Below, one piece after another: positions 52,653-62,769 of a stretch of 64,000 nucleotides of DNA; position 1 is the stretch's first letter; the number at the start of each line of letters is the position of its first letter. The translations under genes and the position numbers were made by a program. The notes beneath the pieces were generated by a model. It worked only from the letters and a program-made list of their open reading frames with translations. It was not told the origin of the DNA and searched no databases. This stretch comes from an uncultured Ruficoccus sp. (GTDB lineage: Bacteria > Verrucomicrobiota > Verrucomicrobiia > Opitutales > Cerasicoccaceae). The DNA lies in the NCBI GenBank assembly GCA_965140785.1, contig OZ223481.1, forward strand, positions 608,001 to 672,000. Direction: 5' to 3'.

Positions 52653-54737
52653 ATGGATTTTTCCGGACCCAGCGTCAGTATCGACGACCAGTTTGCGCCC
52701 ATCGACTACGCCCGCGAGCTCAACCCGCAGCAGTTGGCGGCGGTGCAGGCTGCCGACGGTCCTGCGCTGGTACTGGCCGGGGCTGGCTCCGGCAAGACCC
52801 GGACCCTGACCTATCGGGTGGCCTGGCTCCTGGAGCAGGGCGTGTGGCCGGGCGAAATTCTTTTGCTCACCTTTACCAACAAAGCCGCCCGCGAAATGCT
52901 CGGGCGTGTCGAAGACCTCACCGGCGTGCCGCGCTGGAAGTTCTGGGGCGGCACCTTCCACTCCATTGGCCAGCGCTCCCTGCGCATTCATGGAGCAAGC
53001 ATCGGGATCGAAAAGGGCTTCACCATCCTCGACCAGGGCGACGCCGAGTCGCTGTTGGGCGATGTCATCCGCGAGCGCGACAGCACCTTTCTCAAAAACA
53101 AGGAGCACCCCAAGGCCCGCGTCGTGGCCGAGATGATCAGCTACGCGCGCAACACCCGCCAGCCGCTGGAGAACGTTATCCTCACCCGCTACCCCTGGCT
53201 GGAGGATATTCTGGAGACGCTCCTGAGCTTCGGCCGCGGCTACGCCGAGCGCAAGCTGCGCCAGCAGACACTCGACTACGACGACCTGCTGGAGCACTGG
53301 CTCCGGCTGCTCCAAACCGACGAGGAGGCCCGCAACTACTATCAGGACCGCTTTCGCCACATCCTGGTGGACGAGTTTCAGGACACCAACAAGCTCCAGG
53401 GCTCCATCGTCAACCTGCTCGCGGCCAAGCGACGCAACATCATGGTCGTCGGTGACAATTGGCAGTGCATTTATACCTGGCGCGGGGCTGAGTTCGCCAA
53501 CATGGAGGACTTCGCCGAGGTCTTCCCGGAGCGCAAGATTTACAAGATCGAGACCAACTACCGTTCCAGCCCGCAGATTCTGGCCTTTGCCAATCACATG
53601 ATGGGCGGACACCCCTCCATCCCCGGCTATCCGCTGGAGCTCCAGGCGCACCAGCCCATGCGCGACCGGCCTTACGTGCTGCCGTGCATGGATACCCGGC
53701 AGCAGGCCGACCTGGTGATTCGCCGGCTGGAGGCATTGCGCGAGGAGGGCCGCTCGCTCAAGGATGTGGCCGTGCTCTACCGCGCCCATTATCAGGCCAT
53801 GGACCTCCAAATGGAGCTTTCCCGCCGCGGCGTGCCCTACACGATCACCAGTGGCGTGCGTTTCTTCGAGCAGGCGCACATCCGCGATCTGGTGGCGCAA
53901 CTGCGCGTCGTGGCCAACCCGCGCGACAGCGCCGCCTTTGAGCGGCTCGCCATGCTCCTGCCTCGCGTGGGGGCGGTCACGGCGAAGAAACTTTACAAGG
54001 CCGCGCATGAGTTGGCCGAACAGGAGCACACCTCGCTGGTCTGGGCCATGCTCGGCGACCCGATCGTGAAAAAAGTCCCCGCCGATGCCCGCGAGGAGTG
54101 GAAAGACCTCGCCCAGACGCTGATTGATATGGAGCGGGCCATGGGCGGCCCCGCCGTCGCTCCGGCGCAAAAGGACGAGCCCGACCTCTTCGACCACGCG
54201 CAAAAGCAGGACCCCGGAGAAACGAGGGTAGCGGCCACCCCGCAGGAGATCGTCAAGCTCGCCATCGAGGGTTGGTACGGCGACTACCTGCGCAATATTT
54301 ACGACAACTGGCAGAGTCGCCGTGACGACCTCGACAGCCTGCTCGGCTTCGCCGCCCGCTACGAGGACATGAGCGAACTGCTGGCCCAGCTCGTCCTGCT
54401 CAACTCCGAGACGAGCGATCGCCGCATCGATCCGGACGAGGAGACGATCAAGCTCACCACCATCCACCAGTCCAAGGGGCTGGAGTTTCCGGTCGTCTTC
54501 GTGCTCGGGCTTTCCGAGGGACTGCTGCCGCTCAAGCGCGCCATCGAGGAGGGGGATGTCGAGGAGGAGCGCCGCCTGCTCTACGTCGCCGTGACCCGCG
54601 CCATGGAGGAACTCTACCTGTGCTTCCCACGGGTGACGACCTCCGGCGGACCGCCCCAGATCATGGAGCCCTCACGTTTCCTCACCGCTGTATCGGAAGA
54701 ATACTACGAGGTGTTGCGCGTCGGCGGCGGGCGCTGA
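52653..54737 (+). CDS. UvrD/PcrA-family helicase
   Basis: AGAGSGKT, TFTNKAA, VDEFQD, TIHQSKGLEF, EERRLLYVAVTRA. Confidence 0.93.
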   Translation: MDFSGPSVSIDDQFAPIDYARELNPQQLAAVQAADGPALVLAGAGSGKTRTLTYRVAWLLEQGVWPGEILLLTFTNKAAREMLGRVEDLTGVPRWKFWGGTFHSIGQRSLRIHGASIGIEKGFTILDQGDAESLLGDVIRERDSTFLKNKEHPKARVVAEMISYARNTRQPLENVILTRYPWLEDILETLLSFGRGYAERKLRQQTLDYDDLLEHWLRLLQTDEEARNYYQDRFRHILVDEFQDTNKLQGSIVNLLAAKRRNIMVVGDNWQCIYTWRGAEFANMEDFAEVFPERKIYKIETNYRSSPQILAFANHMMGGHPSIPGYPLELQAHQPMRDRPYVLPCMDTRQQADLVIRRLEALREEGRSLKDVAVLYRAHYQAMDLQMELSRRGVPYTITSGVRFFEQAHIRDLVAQLRVVANPRDSAAFERLAMLLPRVGAVTAKKLYKAAHELAEQEHTSLVWAMLGDPIVKKVPADAREEWKDLAQTLIDMERAMGGPAVAPAQKDEPDLFDHAQKQDPGETRVAATPQEIVKLAIEGWYGDYLRNIYDNWQSRRDDLDSLLGFAARYEDMSELLAQLVLLNSETSDRRIDPDEETIKLTTIHQSKGLEFPVVFVLGLSEGLLPLKRAIEEGDVEEERRLLYVAVTRAMEELYLCFPRVTTSGGPPQIMEPSRFLTAVSEEYYEVLRVGGGR

Positions 54738-54803
54738 GCTGTACGTTTTTTTAAAAGCAGGTCGAGGCGAGATGTCGATGCCTCTGCCGTGAGCGTGGAC
54801 ACA

Positions 54804-54833
54804 AAAAAACGCCGGGCGTGTGGCCCGGCGTTG
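54804..54833. terminator. Terminator between convergent genes
   Basis: A-run, CGCCGGGC-gtgtg-GCCCGGCG. Confidence 0.65.
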
Positions 54834-54860
54834 GATAAAATCTATAAAAGCTCGTCCGCC

Positions 54861-55103
54861 TTACTTGTCGGACTCGGTGGCCTCGTTAACCTTCTTCTTG
54901 GTGTCTTCGTAGGCATTCTTCACGGCGTCGCCAGTCTTGTCAGCGGCATCGCTGATCGCGTCGCCCGTCTTATCGGCAGCGTCGGAGATGTGGTCGCCGG
55001 CTTCCTTCATGTCGTCCTTGGCTTCTTTACTGCAGCCGGCGGCGAAGGTGATCACGGCGGCGGCGGTGAGAGCGGTTAAAAAACGGATCAATGATTTCAT
55101 CAT
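54861..55103 (-). CDS. Small repetitive lipoprotein (YtxH/LEA-like)
   Basis: Lipobox FAAG|C; 11-aa repeats ISDAADKTGDA. Confidence 0.75.
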   Translation of the reverse strand: MMKSLIRFLTALTAAAVITFAAGCSKEAKDDMKEAGDHISDAADKTGDAISDAADKTGDAVKNAYEDTKKKVNEATESDK

Positions 55104-55339
55104 GTTGAGTGGGATTAGTGGTTCTTGGATTATTATTTATAAGAGATGATAGACGGTAACGGTGAGGAGTCTAGGGCGTTTTTGATGGAAAGCAATGGCC
55201 TAATTTGTCCAGTGTGCGAGCGGGGAGCCCGTGGAAGAGATTTCGGCCCAGGCGCCATCGGTCTGTTGAAAACATTAAAAAAACGCCGGATGCATGCAGC
55301 ATCCGGCGTCCAGCTAAACTGTTATGCGCTCAGGGGGCG

Positions 55340-55546
55340 TTAGTTGGCTTTGTCGGTGGCGTCTTCCACGCTGTCACCGGCGTCTTCAACGGCATCGCCC
55401 ACGGAGTCTGTAGCCTTGTCGGCGGCCTTGGAGATGCTGTCTCCGGCGTCTTCGAGGTGGTCGCCAGCGGACTTTTCACACCCAGCTGCAAAAGCGAGAG
55501 CAGCGGCAGCCATAAGCACAGTTAGAAAGCGGAACAGTGATTTCAT
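55340..55546 (-). CDS. Small lipoprotein, paralogue of the neighbouring gene
   Basis: MKSLFRFLTVL...FAAG|C; DAGDS repeats. Confidence 0.75.
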   Translation of the reverse strand: MKSLFRFLTVLMAAAALAFAAGCEKSAGDHLEDAGDSISKAADKATDSVGDAVEDAGDSVEDATDKAN

Positions 55547-55715
55547 GATGAGGTCCTTGTTAATGTTTTATGATTAGCGGATTAGTATTTATTGGATTGT
55601 AACGGTTGCCAGTATAGGCCCATTTCCGGCCGAATGCAAAACTCCGTCGTTTTTTTGCCGCCCGGTAAAACCTGGGGGCAGCCCGTGGGTCTGCTCGATT
55701 ATATGTAAGGCAGTA

Positions 55716-56234
55716 TCAGGCAGCCTCTTGGGAGAGCTCCCAGACCAAGTGGAAACTCGGCGCATGGTCGTCGGGATGGGCCGCCATGTCCGCAGAAAGC
55801 TCCTCAGCCGTGAACCATTTCCCCTCACTGATTTCCTCCGGGTCGAAGACGATCTCGTCGTCCCAAACCAGCTTATACACGGAGATAAACTCGTAGCCGG
55901 TGGCGCGGCAGGGGCTGTGGGAGAAAAGAAAGTCGAGTGTATCCATGCCATCGATACGGATGCCGAGCTCTTCTCCCAGCTCGCGAATGGCGGCAGTGCT
56001 GTAGGTCTCGCCCGCATCGACATGGCCCGAGCAGGAGGTGGTCCAGCGGTTGGGGTAGGTGTCCTTGGTGGGGGAGCGGCGTTGCACGTAGATATCGCCT
56101 TTGCTGTTGAAGACGAGGATGTGCACGGCGCGGTGAAACAGCCGCCGCCGGTGTACCTCGTGCCGCGGCAGTTGTGTGATGACCTCGTCACGCTGGTTGA
56201 CGACGTCGAAGGGTTCGTTGGGATTGGATGGCAT
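55716..56234 (-). CDS. NUDIX hydrolase (IPP-isomerase/YfcD-like)
   Basis: HRAVHI, QRRS..K, SCSGHVDAGE..AAIRELGEELGI. Confidence 0.88.
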   Translation of the reverse strand: MPSNPNEPFDVVNQRDEVITQLPRHEVHRRRLFHRAVHILVFNSKGDIYVQRRSPTKDTYPNRWTTSCSGHVDAGETYSTAAIRELGEELGIRIDGMDTLDFLFSHSPCRATGYEFISVYKLVWDDEIVFDPEEISEGKWFTAEELSADMAAHPDDHAPSFHLVWELSQEAA

Positions 56235-56314
56235 GGTGGATGGATGGGGAAGGAGAACGAGACTTCGTGTGTAGTTTTTTTTAATACGTTCATGAGCCCG
56301 GGCGGGCTGGCAGT

Positions 56315-57034
56315 TTAAAGGTCGCCGCTGAGCGGTTGCAGCCAGAGTTCATCGACCACGGTTTTGGCCGGGAGTTCCCAGGCATTTACGACGGCGAGGG
56401 CGACATCCTCGGCGGGCATGAGGCGCTCGCGCAGGGTTTCCGCGTCGAGGCCGGACTGGCTCCAGGCATCCGTGAGGGTGGGGCCGGGCAGGATACAGAG
56501 GACGCGCACGTCGTGCGCCATCAACTCCTGCCGCATGACGCGGCTCATGCCGAGCAGCCCGTACTTGGCGGCGCTGTAGGCACCCATCCCGGGGAAAATC
56601 TTCCGCGAGGCCGAGGAGGCGATGTTGACGATGGTGCCGCTTTTGCGCGTGGCCATGGCCGGGGCGAAGGCCTGCGAGACGAGAAACGCGCTGCGCAGGT
56701 TCGCCGCGATCACGGTGTCGAAGTCTTCCGTCGTCAGTTCGAGGAAGGGCTTGCCGAGATAGAAACCGGCGTTGTTGACCACGGTGTCGGGCTCGCCCTG
56801 AGCGCTTCGGATGGCTTCGGCCAGAGCGGTAACGGCTCCGGCGTCAGCCACATCGCAGGGGTAGGGGCGTGCCTCCACGCCGAGCGCTTCGCAGGCGCGG
56901 GCGGTGGCTTCGAGTTGGTCGGCGGAGCGGGCGGTGAGCGCGAGGCGGACCCCGCCCCGTTGCGCAAAAGCCCGGGCGATGGCCGCGCCGATGCCGCGCC
57001 CCCCGCCGGTGATCAAAATCAGAGGTTTATCCAT
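56315..57034 (-). CDS. SDR oxidoreductase
   Basis: TGGGRGIG, VNNAG, YSAAK. Confidence 0.92.
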   Translation of the reverse strand: MDKPLILITGGGRGIGAAIARAFAQRGGVRLALTARSADQLEATARACEALGVEARPYPCDVADAGAVTALAEAIRSAQGEPDTVVNNAGFYLGKPFLELTTEDFDTVIAANLRSAFLVSQAFAPAMATRKSGTIVNIASSASRKIFPGMGAYSAAKYGLLGMSRVMRQELMAHDVRVLCILPGPTLTDAWSQSGLDAETLRERLMPAEDVALAVVNAWELPAKTVVDELWLQPLSGDL

Positions 57035-57217
57035 GCGCCGCAGACTAACTCCCGCCCCCGCCTCCGCCAAGCCACGAAGCGGATTAATTTTCCGGGCCGG
57101 GTCACACCCGGGGGCAATCAGGGGGTAGCCGCCTTGCTGGCGGCGTAGGGGAACTTGTTCCCCTCAATGTCTTGTGCGGCCAGGCACTGCGGGTCCGGGC
57201 TGCATAAGCCCGGAAGG

Positions 57218-58154
57218 TCAGCCTGCCCGCACGCCGCTGGCCAGGAGGGTCTCGAAGTACGGCTCCTGCTCCTCGCGGGCGACGACGGAGACATCGACAT
57301 GGTCGAAGCCCAGCTCCTTGAGCCACTGGTAGAGCGTGTTCTCGGCGAAGCCCAGCCAGGTGTCGGCGTAGAGTTCGCGGGCCTTTTCGAAGGTATGCTC
57401 CTTCAGGTCGAGGATGATCAGGCGTCCGCCGGGCCGGAGGATGCGGTGGGCCTCGCTGAGGGCGCGGAAGGGCTTGCGGGCGTGGTGGAGGGCCTGGCTG
57501 AGATAGGCCAAGTCCACGCTGGCGTCGGCCAGCGGCACCTCCTCGATGTCGCCGAGTTGGTAGTAAAGGTTGTCAATGCCGTGGCGCTGGGCCAGGTCGG
57601 TGCCGACCTCGACCATCTTTTTGGAATTGTCGATGCAGTAAACGGCTTCGGCGCGCTGGGCCAGGAGCTGGGCGAGCACGCCTTCGCCCGCGCCCAGGTC
57701 GGCGATGCGGATACGCGGGGTCAGGTGGAGCAGGAAGTGCCCGATGCCCTCCCACGAACGGCCGGGGCAGTAGTTTTTGCCTAAACGCCCGGCGACCTGA
57801 TTAAAATATTGCTCGGCCTGGCGGCGGCGCTTGTCGAGGATGCGGGCGAGGTTGGCCGCGTCGGTCTCCAGCTCGGGCTGGTGGGCGGTGGCGCGGCAGG
57901 CGGCCTCGATGAGCTGGCGCTCGCCGGCGGGAAGGTTGCGCGCGAGCGAGTAAAAGCTGCGCTTGCCGTCGCGCCGGTCGCTGGTCAGCCCGCCCTTGCG
58001 CAGGAGCGAGAGGTGCGAGGAGATGCGCGACTGGCCCATGCCGAGGATCTCCTGAAGCTCCGCCACCGACAACTCCTCCTGCGCCAGCAGGGCGACCACG
58101 CGTAGGCGTGTCGGGTCGGCCAGGAGTTTCAGGGTTTCGAGCGGGGTCGGACAT
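57218..58154 (-). CDS. ArsR HTH plus SAM methyltransferase fusion (frameshift near the start)
   Basis: ELSVAELQEILGMGQSRISSHL; ADLGAGEG; ATG at 58154 is out of frame with LKLLADPTRL. Confidence 0.85.
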
Positions 58155-58435
58155 CGCGGGCCATGTGTCGCGGGTCGTCAGGCCGGGGTCAATGCGAATG
58201 GTGGGTTGGGGAAAATGACGGCGAACTTACTTTTGTGAGGGGAAGGGTAACGCAGCAAGCGTAGCATTTGCGCTCTGAAATACGGTTAGCGTTATCGGTC
58301 AGGTTGAACCGGGAGTTCCTTCGCCTCGCTCCGCTTGCTCAGGATGATAACGGAGAGATGGGTTTAGTACTGTACAAAAAAAGCGGGGCCGTTTCGGGCC
58401 CCGCGTGGGTAAAGAAAACAAATGGCGGCTGTATC

Positions 58436-60295
58436 CTAGAGCTTCCGTCCCGAGTCGAGCCAGCGGGAGATGCTCTTGAGCTTCCAGTTGTGGACGGCGC
58501 CGTCGATTTCGGTCTGGACGGTGTCGCCGACGTGCTTGTTCATGAGGGCCTGGCCGAGCGGGGTCTTGTAGGAGAGGACATTATGCTCGGGGGCGGAGTC
58601 CCAGGCGCCCAGCAGGGCGTAGTTCTGTACCTCGCCGGAGCCGGTGTCCTCGACCTCGACGATGGAGCCGATGCCGACGGTGTCGTTGGTCACATCGGTG
58701 AAGTCGGTCACGCGGGCGCGGTTGAAGTCTTTTTCGAGCAGGGCCTTGCGGGCCATGAGGGTTTCCTGGTCCTGGCGGGCCATCTTGTACTCGGCGTTTT
58801 CGCGCAAGTCCCCGTGTTCGCGGGCGGTCTCAATGGCCTCCTTGTTCTCGGGGATTTTGACATTGATGAGCTCGTCGTACTCGGCCTTGCGGTCGTCGAG
58901 GCTCTTCTGGGAGACGATGAGCTCGTCCACCTTCTGCTCGGCCTCGCCGGAGACGAGGTTCTGGATGCTCGGGAAACGCTTGATGAAGCGGGCCAGGAGG
59001 GACTTCTTGGTCAGGTCCTCGAAGCCCTGGTTGAGGATGAGGCCCTGGGCGAGGTCGCGGGCGACTTCGTCGTTGGCGTCGGCGAGCATGTCCGGGATGA
59101 GCTCCTGGTCGTCGCTGAGGACGTCGGCGAGCTGGATGCGGCGGTTGCCGGTGCTTTGGAGGGCCTCGTAGTCGATGGCGTAAAGAATGGCGTTGAGCAT
59201 GCGCGGGCTGACCATGCCGTCCACCAGTTTGGCGAACTTGCGCGAGTTGCGGTTTTTGACGATCCAGTAGAGGACCGGGCCCTTGAGGTTCTGCTCGTTG
59301 AGCCAGCGCTTGAAGTGCTCGTGGACCATGTCCCCGCAGTCGCGATCGACCAGGAAGCTGATCGACTCGCTGGTCATCTTGCCCTCGGAGTTTTTCAGAA
59401 TGTCAATGAGGACGCTCTTCCAGTCCTCGGGGTAGACGCGTGTGAGCAGATCGAGGAAACGCTTGTGGTAGCCGTTGGGGATCTGGGAGGCCAGCTCGTT
59501 GAGGTCGTTGGCCCCGAGGATGAGGGACTTGGAGGTCGGCTCGATGGTTTCGGGGTCTTCGTCGAGGTGACGGGCGAGGTCGTTGCGGACCCAGACCCCG
59601 TGCAGGCGCTCGGCGTGGTTGAGGCCCATGGCGTCCTTGACCGCCTCGGTCAGGTGCTCGAAGATGTTGGGCAGGTCGCTGGCGATCTCTTCGACGTTTT
59701 CGGAGATCTGGTAAAGTTTCTCGGCCAGAGCGATCTTCTTCTTGGGCTGCTTGACCATGTAGAAATCCTCGAGGATTTCCTGTTCGGGCTTGAGCGGCTC
59801 GTCGCGCAGGGAGTAGGGATCGGTCTTGCGGCTGGGGGTGGCGATGCGCGGATCCTTGACCAGGACTTTCTTGGTGGCGGTCCACCACTTCTTGAATTTG
59901 ACGGGTCCGAGCAGGCGGGTGAGGAGGTTTTCCAGTTCGGTCGGACTGGCGGATTGGTCGTCGCAGTGGGAAAGGATCTCGGCCACGAGGTCACCCGGGC
60001 GCTTTTTGATCATGTCGGCGATGACTTCGGGCTCCGTGCGTTGGCGCACGAGGATGCTGCTGGCGTCGAGCAGGTCGAGCTTGTCGGCGCAGAAGGCCGG
60101 GTCCATGGCGTGGCCGGGCTTTTCGTCGAAATCGATGATAAGCTTGTCCTGGGCCTCGTCATAGGCGGTAATTTGGCCGAAGCCCCAACTGCGGTGCATG
60201 CAATATGTGCCCGGTTGCATGGCTTCCAATTTGGAGCGCAAGCGTTTCATGTCGGGCTTTTTTGCGATGATCGTATCGATCACATCTTTGTCCAT
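58436..60295 (-). CDS. greA: GreA-family elongation factor with long N-terminal extension
   Basis: C-terminal AREHGDLRENAEY, SYKTPLGQAL; N-terminal HRSWGFG. Confidence 0.85.
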   Translation of the reverse strand: MDKDVIDTIIAKKPDMKRLRSKLEAMQPGTYCMHRSWGFGQITAYDEAQDKLIIDFDEKPGHAMDPAFCADKLDLLDASSILVRQRTEPEVIADMIKKRPGDLVAEILSHCDDQSASPTELENLLTRLLGPVKFKKWWTATKKVLVKDPRIATPSRKTDPYSLRDEPLKPEQEILEDFYMVKQPKKKIALAEKLYQISENVEEIASDLPNIFEHLTEAVKDAMGLNHAERLHGVWVRNDLARHLDEDPETIEPTSKSLILGANDLNELASQIPNGYHKRFLDLLTRVYPEDWKSVLIDILKNSEGKMTSESISFLVDRDCGDMVHEHFKRWLNEQNLKGPVLYWIVKNRNSRKFAKLVDGMVSPRMLNAILYAIDYEALQSTGNRRIQLADVLSDDQELIPDMLADANDEVARDLAQGLILNQGFEDLTKKSLLARFIKRFPSIQNLVSGEAEQKVDELIVSQKSLDDRKAEYDELINVKIPENKEAIETAREHGDLRENAEYKMARQDQETLMARKALLEKDFNRARVTDFTDVTNDTVGIGSIVEVEDTGSGEVQNYALLGAWDSAPEHNVLSYKTPLGQALMNKHVGDTVQTEIDGAVHNWKLKSISRWLDSGRKL

Positions 60296-60358
60296 GAGCG
60301 GAATTTCTTGTCTTTATAATAGAAAATCAAGCCGATAACCTTTTGGCTATAAAAGGTC

Positions 60359-61643
60359 ATGACTCAATTTAAACCAACGGAATCGCCGTGGCAGACTGCC
60401 GCTGGTCTATGTGAAGTTTATCAAGCGCAGCCCGCCAAGGCGGAAACGCTAATAATGGATATCACCTTCCAATGCAGCGCGGATCGGCGCCGTTGTCAAT
60501 TCCTGTTCTACGGGGTTCTTCGGCACCGCCGACGGATCGAGGAACTGCTCGGGCGGCTGATTTCGCGTCGGCCCAAGCCCCGGCTGGCGGCCATGCTGCA
60601 GGTGGCGGTCTTTGAGCTGATGAGCGCCGGACCCGAGCGCCAACCGAAAGTGGTGGACTACGCTGTGGGGCAGATCCGTCGGCGCATGAGCCGTTCCGAG
60701 GCCGGACTGGCCAACGCCGTTTTGAGAAAAATACCCGCCGAGGCGGCGAAACTCGACCGCGAGGCCCCGGCGGCGGTTCGCCTCAGCCATCCCGACTGGC
60801 TGGCGGCGCGCTGGAGGCAGAACTTCGGCCCCGAGGCGGCGGAAAAACTCATGGCCTGGAACCTGGAGCCGCCGCCGGTGACCTTCCGGGTGCGGGGGGA
60901 TTTACCCCAAACGGAGGCGCTCGCGGCCACGGACTGGGCGGGGTTCGTGCAGCTCTCGGGCGCGTGGGCGGCGGTGGAGCCGCTGCTCAAATCCGGCAAA
61001 CTCTACGCCCAGGACCCCTCCACGCGCCTGGCTCCGGCGGCGCTGGCCGTGCGGCCCGGCGAATCCGTGCTCGACCTGTGCGCCGCTCCCGGCGGCAAGA
61101 CCCTCATGCTGGCCGACGCCCTCGGGTGCGACCCGAAGGGCCTGCTGGTTGCGGTGGATCTGCCCGGAGCCCGGCTGGTCCCGCTGGACGAAAACCTCCG
61201 CAAGCTCGACGACGGCGACGGCCCGCGGGTCAGCCTGCTGGGGCTGGACGTGCGCCGGCTGACGCCGGAGGTTTTGGAGAAAGAGGGTTTTTGCGACAGC
61301 CTTCGACGCCGTCCTCCTCGACGCTCCCTGCTCGAATACCGGGGTCCTGCGCCGCCGCCCCGATGCCAAGTGGCGGCTCCAGCCGGAGGACGTGCCTGCC
61401 AGCGTGGCGCTTCAGGGTGAACTGCTTGCCCATGCCGCTTCGCTGGTCAAGCCTGGCGGACGACTGGTTTACTCCACCTGCTCGCTCGAGCCGGAGGAAA
61501 ACGCCGGGGTCGTAAAAACCTTTCTCCAGCGCCCCATCGGGCAGGACTTCACCTGCCGCTCGCAGACTCTTTCGCTCCCCTGGGAAAGCGGTCACGACGG
61601 CGCCGGGGTGGCGGTGCTGCAATTGGCGGGACCGGCAGACTGA
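60359..61643 (+). CDS. RsmB/NOL1 RNA m5C methyltransferase (frameshift near 61290)
   Basis: NusB-like N-terminus, SHPDW, QD, DLCAAPGGKT, then DAPCS and VYSTCS in the next frame. Confidence 0.85.
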
Positions 61644-61650
61644 CTCCGGG

Positions 61651-62529
61651 TTATTGGTGCGGGCTGGTGCCCGTTCCCGGGGCTGCGGCTGGATTGATCA
61701 GGCCCTGCTCCTGGAGAAATTGCTGGATGCGGGCCATGGTCTGATCCCGGATGGGTTGTTTCATATAAAAACCGTGGTCGCCCCCCTCGTTCGTGATGAG
61801 GACACAGACATCGCTGTTGGCCTGGGCTTTTTCGGTGAAAGCGACAGGGCCGGCGTAGGGGACGGTCCGATCGCCCGTGCCGTGGAAGATAATCGTTGGC
61901 GGCAGGCCCGGACGCAGACGGTGCAGGGGGGAGTAGGTCTCCCAGTTTTCCTTCAGCTTGCCGTAGCCGTAGCCCTGGCGGGAGGTGTCGATGACGGGGT
62001 TGAACAGCACGAGCGCAGCCGGGCGATAGGCCCCTGGGTCATCGGCTTTGCTCTGGTCGTCGAAGAGCGCCAACCCGGCGGCCAGATGTGCCCCCGCCGA
62101 GCCGCCACAGGCGATGATGCGATCCGGGTCGATGTTGAGTTCCTCCGCATGGGCGTAAAGGTAGCGCATGCCGTCCTGCGCGTCTGCCACCGCGTCGATA
62201 ACGCTGACCGGCGGGGTGGCGTCCTTGTCGTAAAGTCGGTACTCCAGGCAGGCCACAACCAGCCCCATATCTCGCAGGGGCCGGGCGAGGAAGTAGTAAG
62301 CTTGGGGGCTGCCCTTGACCCAGCCGCCGCCGTGGATGAGCAGCAGGCAGGGTCGGGGGGACTTGAGTTGATCGCCGGTGGTTTCGGGGTCGAAAATGTG
62401 AAGGGTCAGCTCCCGCCCGTCCACTTCCTTGTAGGGGATGATGGCCGTTGGAGGGTCGGCCCCAAAGACCGGGGAGGCCAGCAGGCCGAGCGTTAACAGG
62501 GTGACGGACAGGGTGCGGAAGCGGGGCAT
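61651..62529 (-). CDS. Exported alpha/beta hydrolase (esterase)
   Basis: IHGGGW, GGSAG, HGTGD, DHGF. Confidence 0.9.
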   Translation of the reverse strand: MPRFRTLSVTLLTLGLLASPVFGADPPTAIIPYKEVDGRELTLHIFDPETTGDQLKSPRPCLLLIHGGGWVKGSPQAYYFLARPLRDMGLVVACLEYRLYDKDATPPVSVIDAVADAQDGMRYLYAHAEELNIDPDRIIACGGSAGAHLAAGLALFDDQSKADDPGAYRPAALVLFNPVIDTSRQGYGYGKLKENWETYSPLHRLRPGLPPTIIFHGTGDRTVPYAGPVAFTEKAQANSDVCVLITNEGGDHGFYMKQPIRDQTMARIQQFLQEQGLINPAAAPGTGTSPHQ

Positions 62530-62769
62530 GATGGGCAGTGAAGGGATGGATGTTGTTGTTGGGCGTGGCAGACCGATCGGGGCAAAGTCCGCCTGGCGGA
62601 CGTGCCAGGAAACGATCCGTTAAAGCCACCGGATGAAGCTTCCTCTATATTAGAGACTGGGGCCTGCTCTGTCTATAGACCGCGTTGATAATCCTTTCAC
62701 TATCCTGACGGCGGGCGGCCGACGGCTCGCTAGCGGAGGCAGCCCTTCCCCCTGGAGCCCCTTGCGTGT

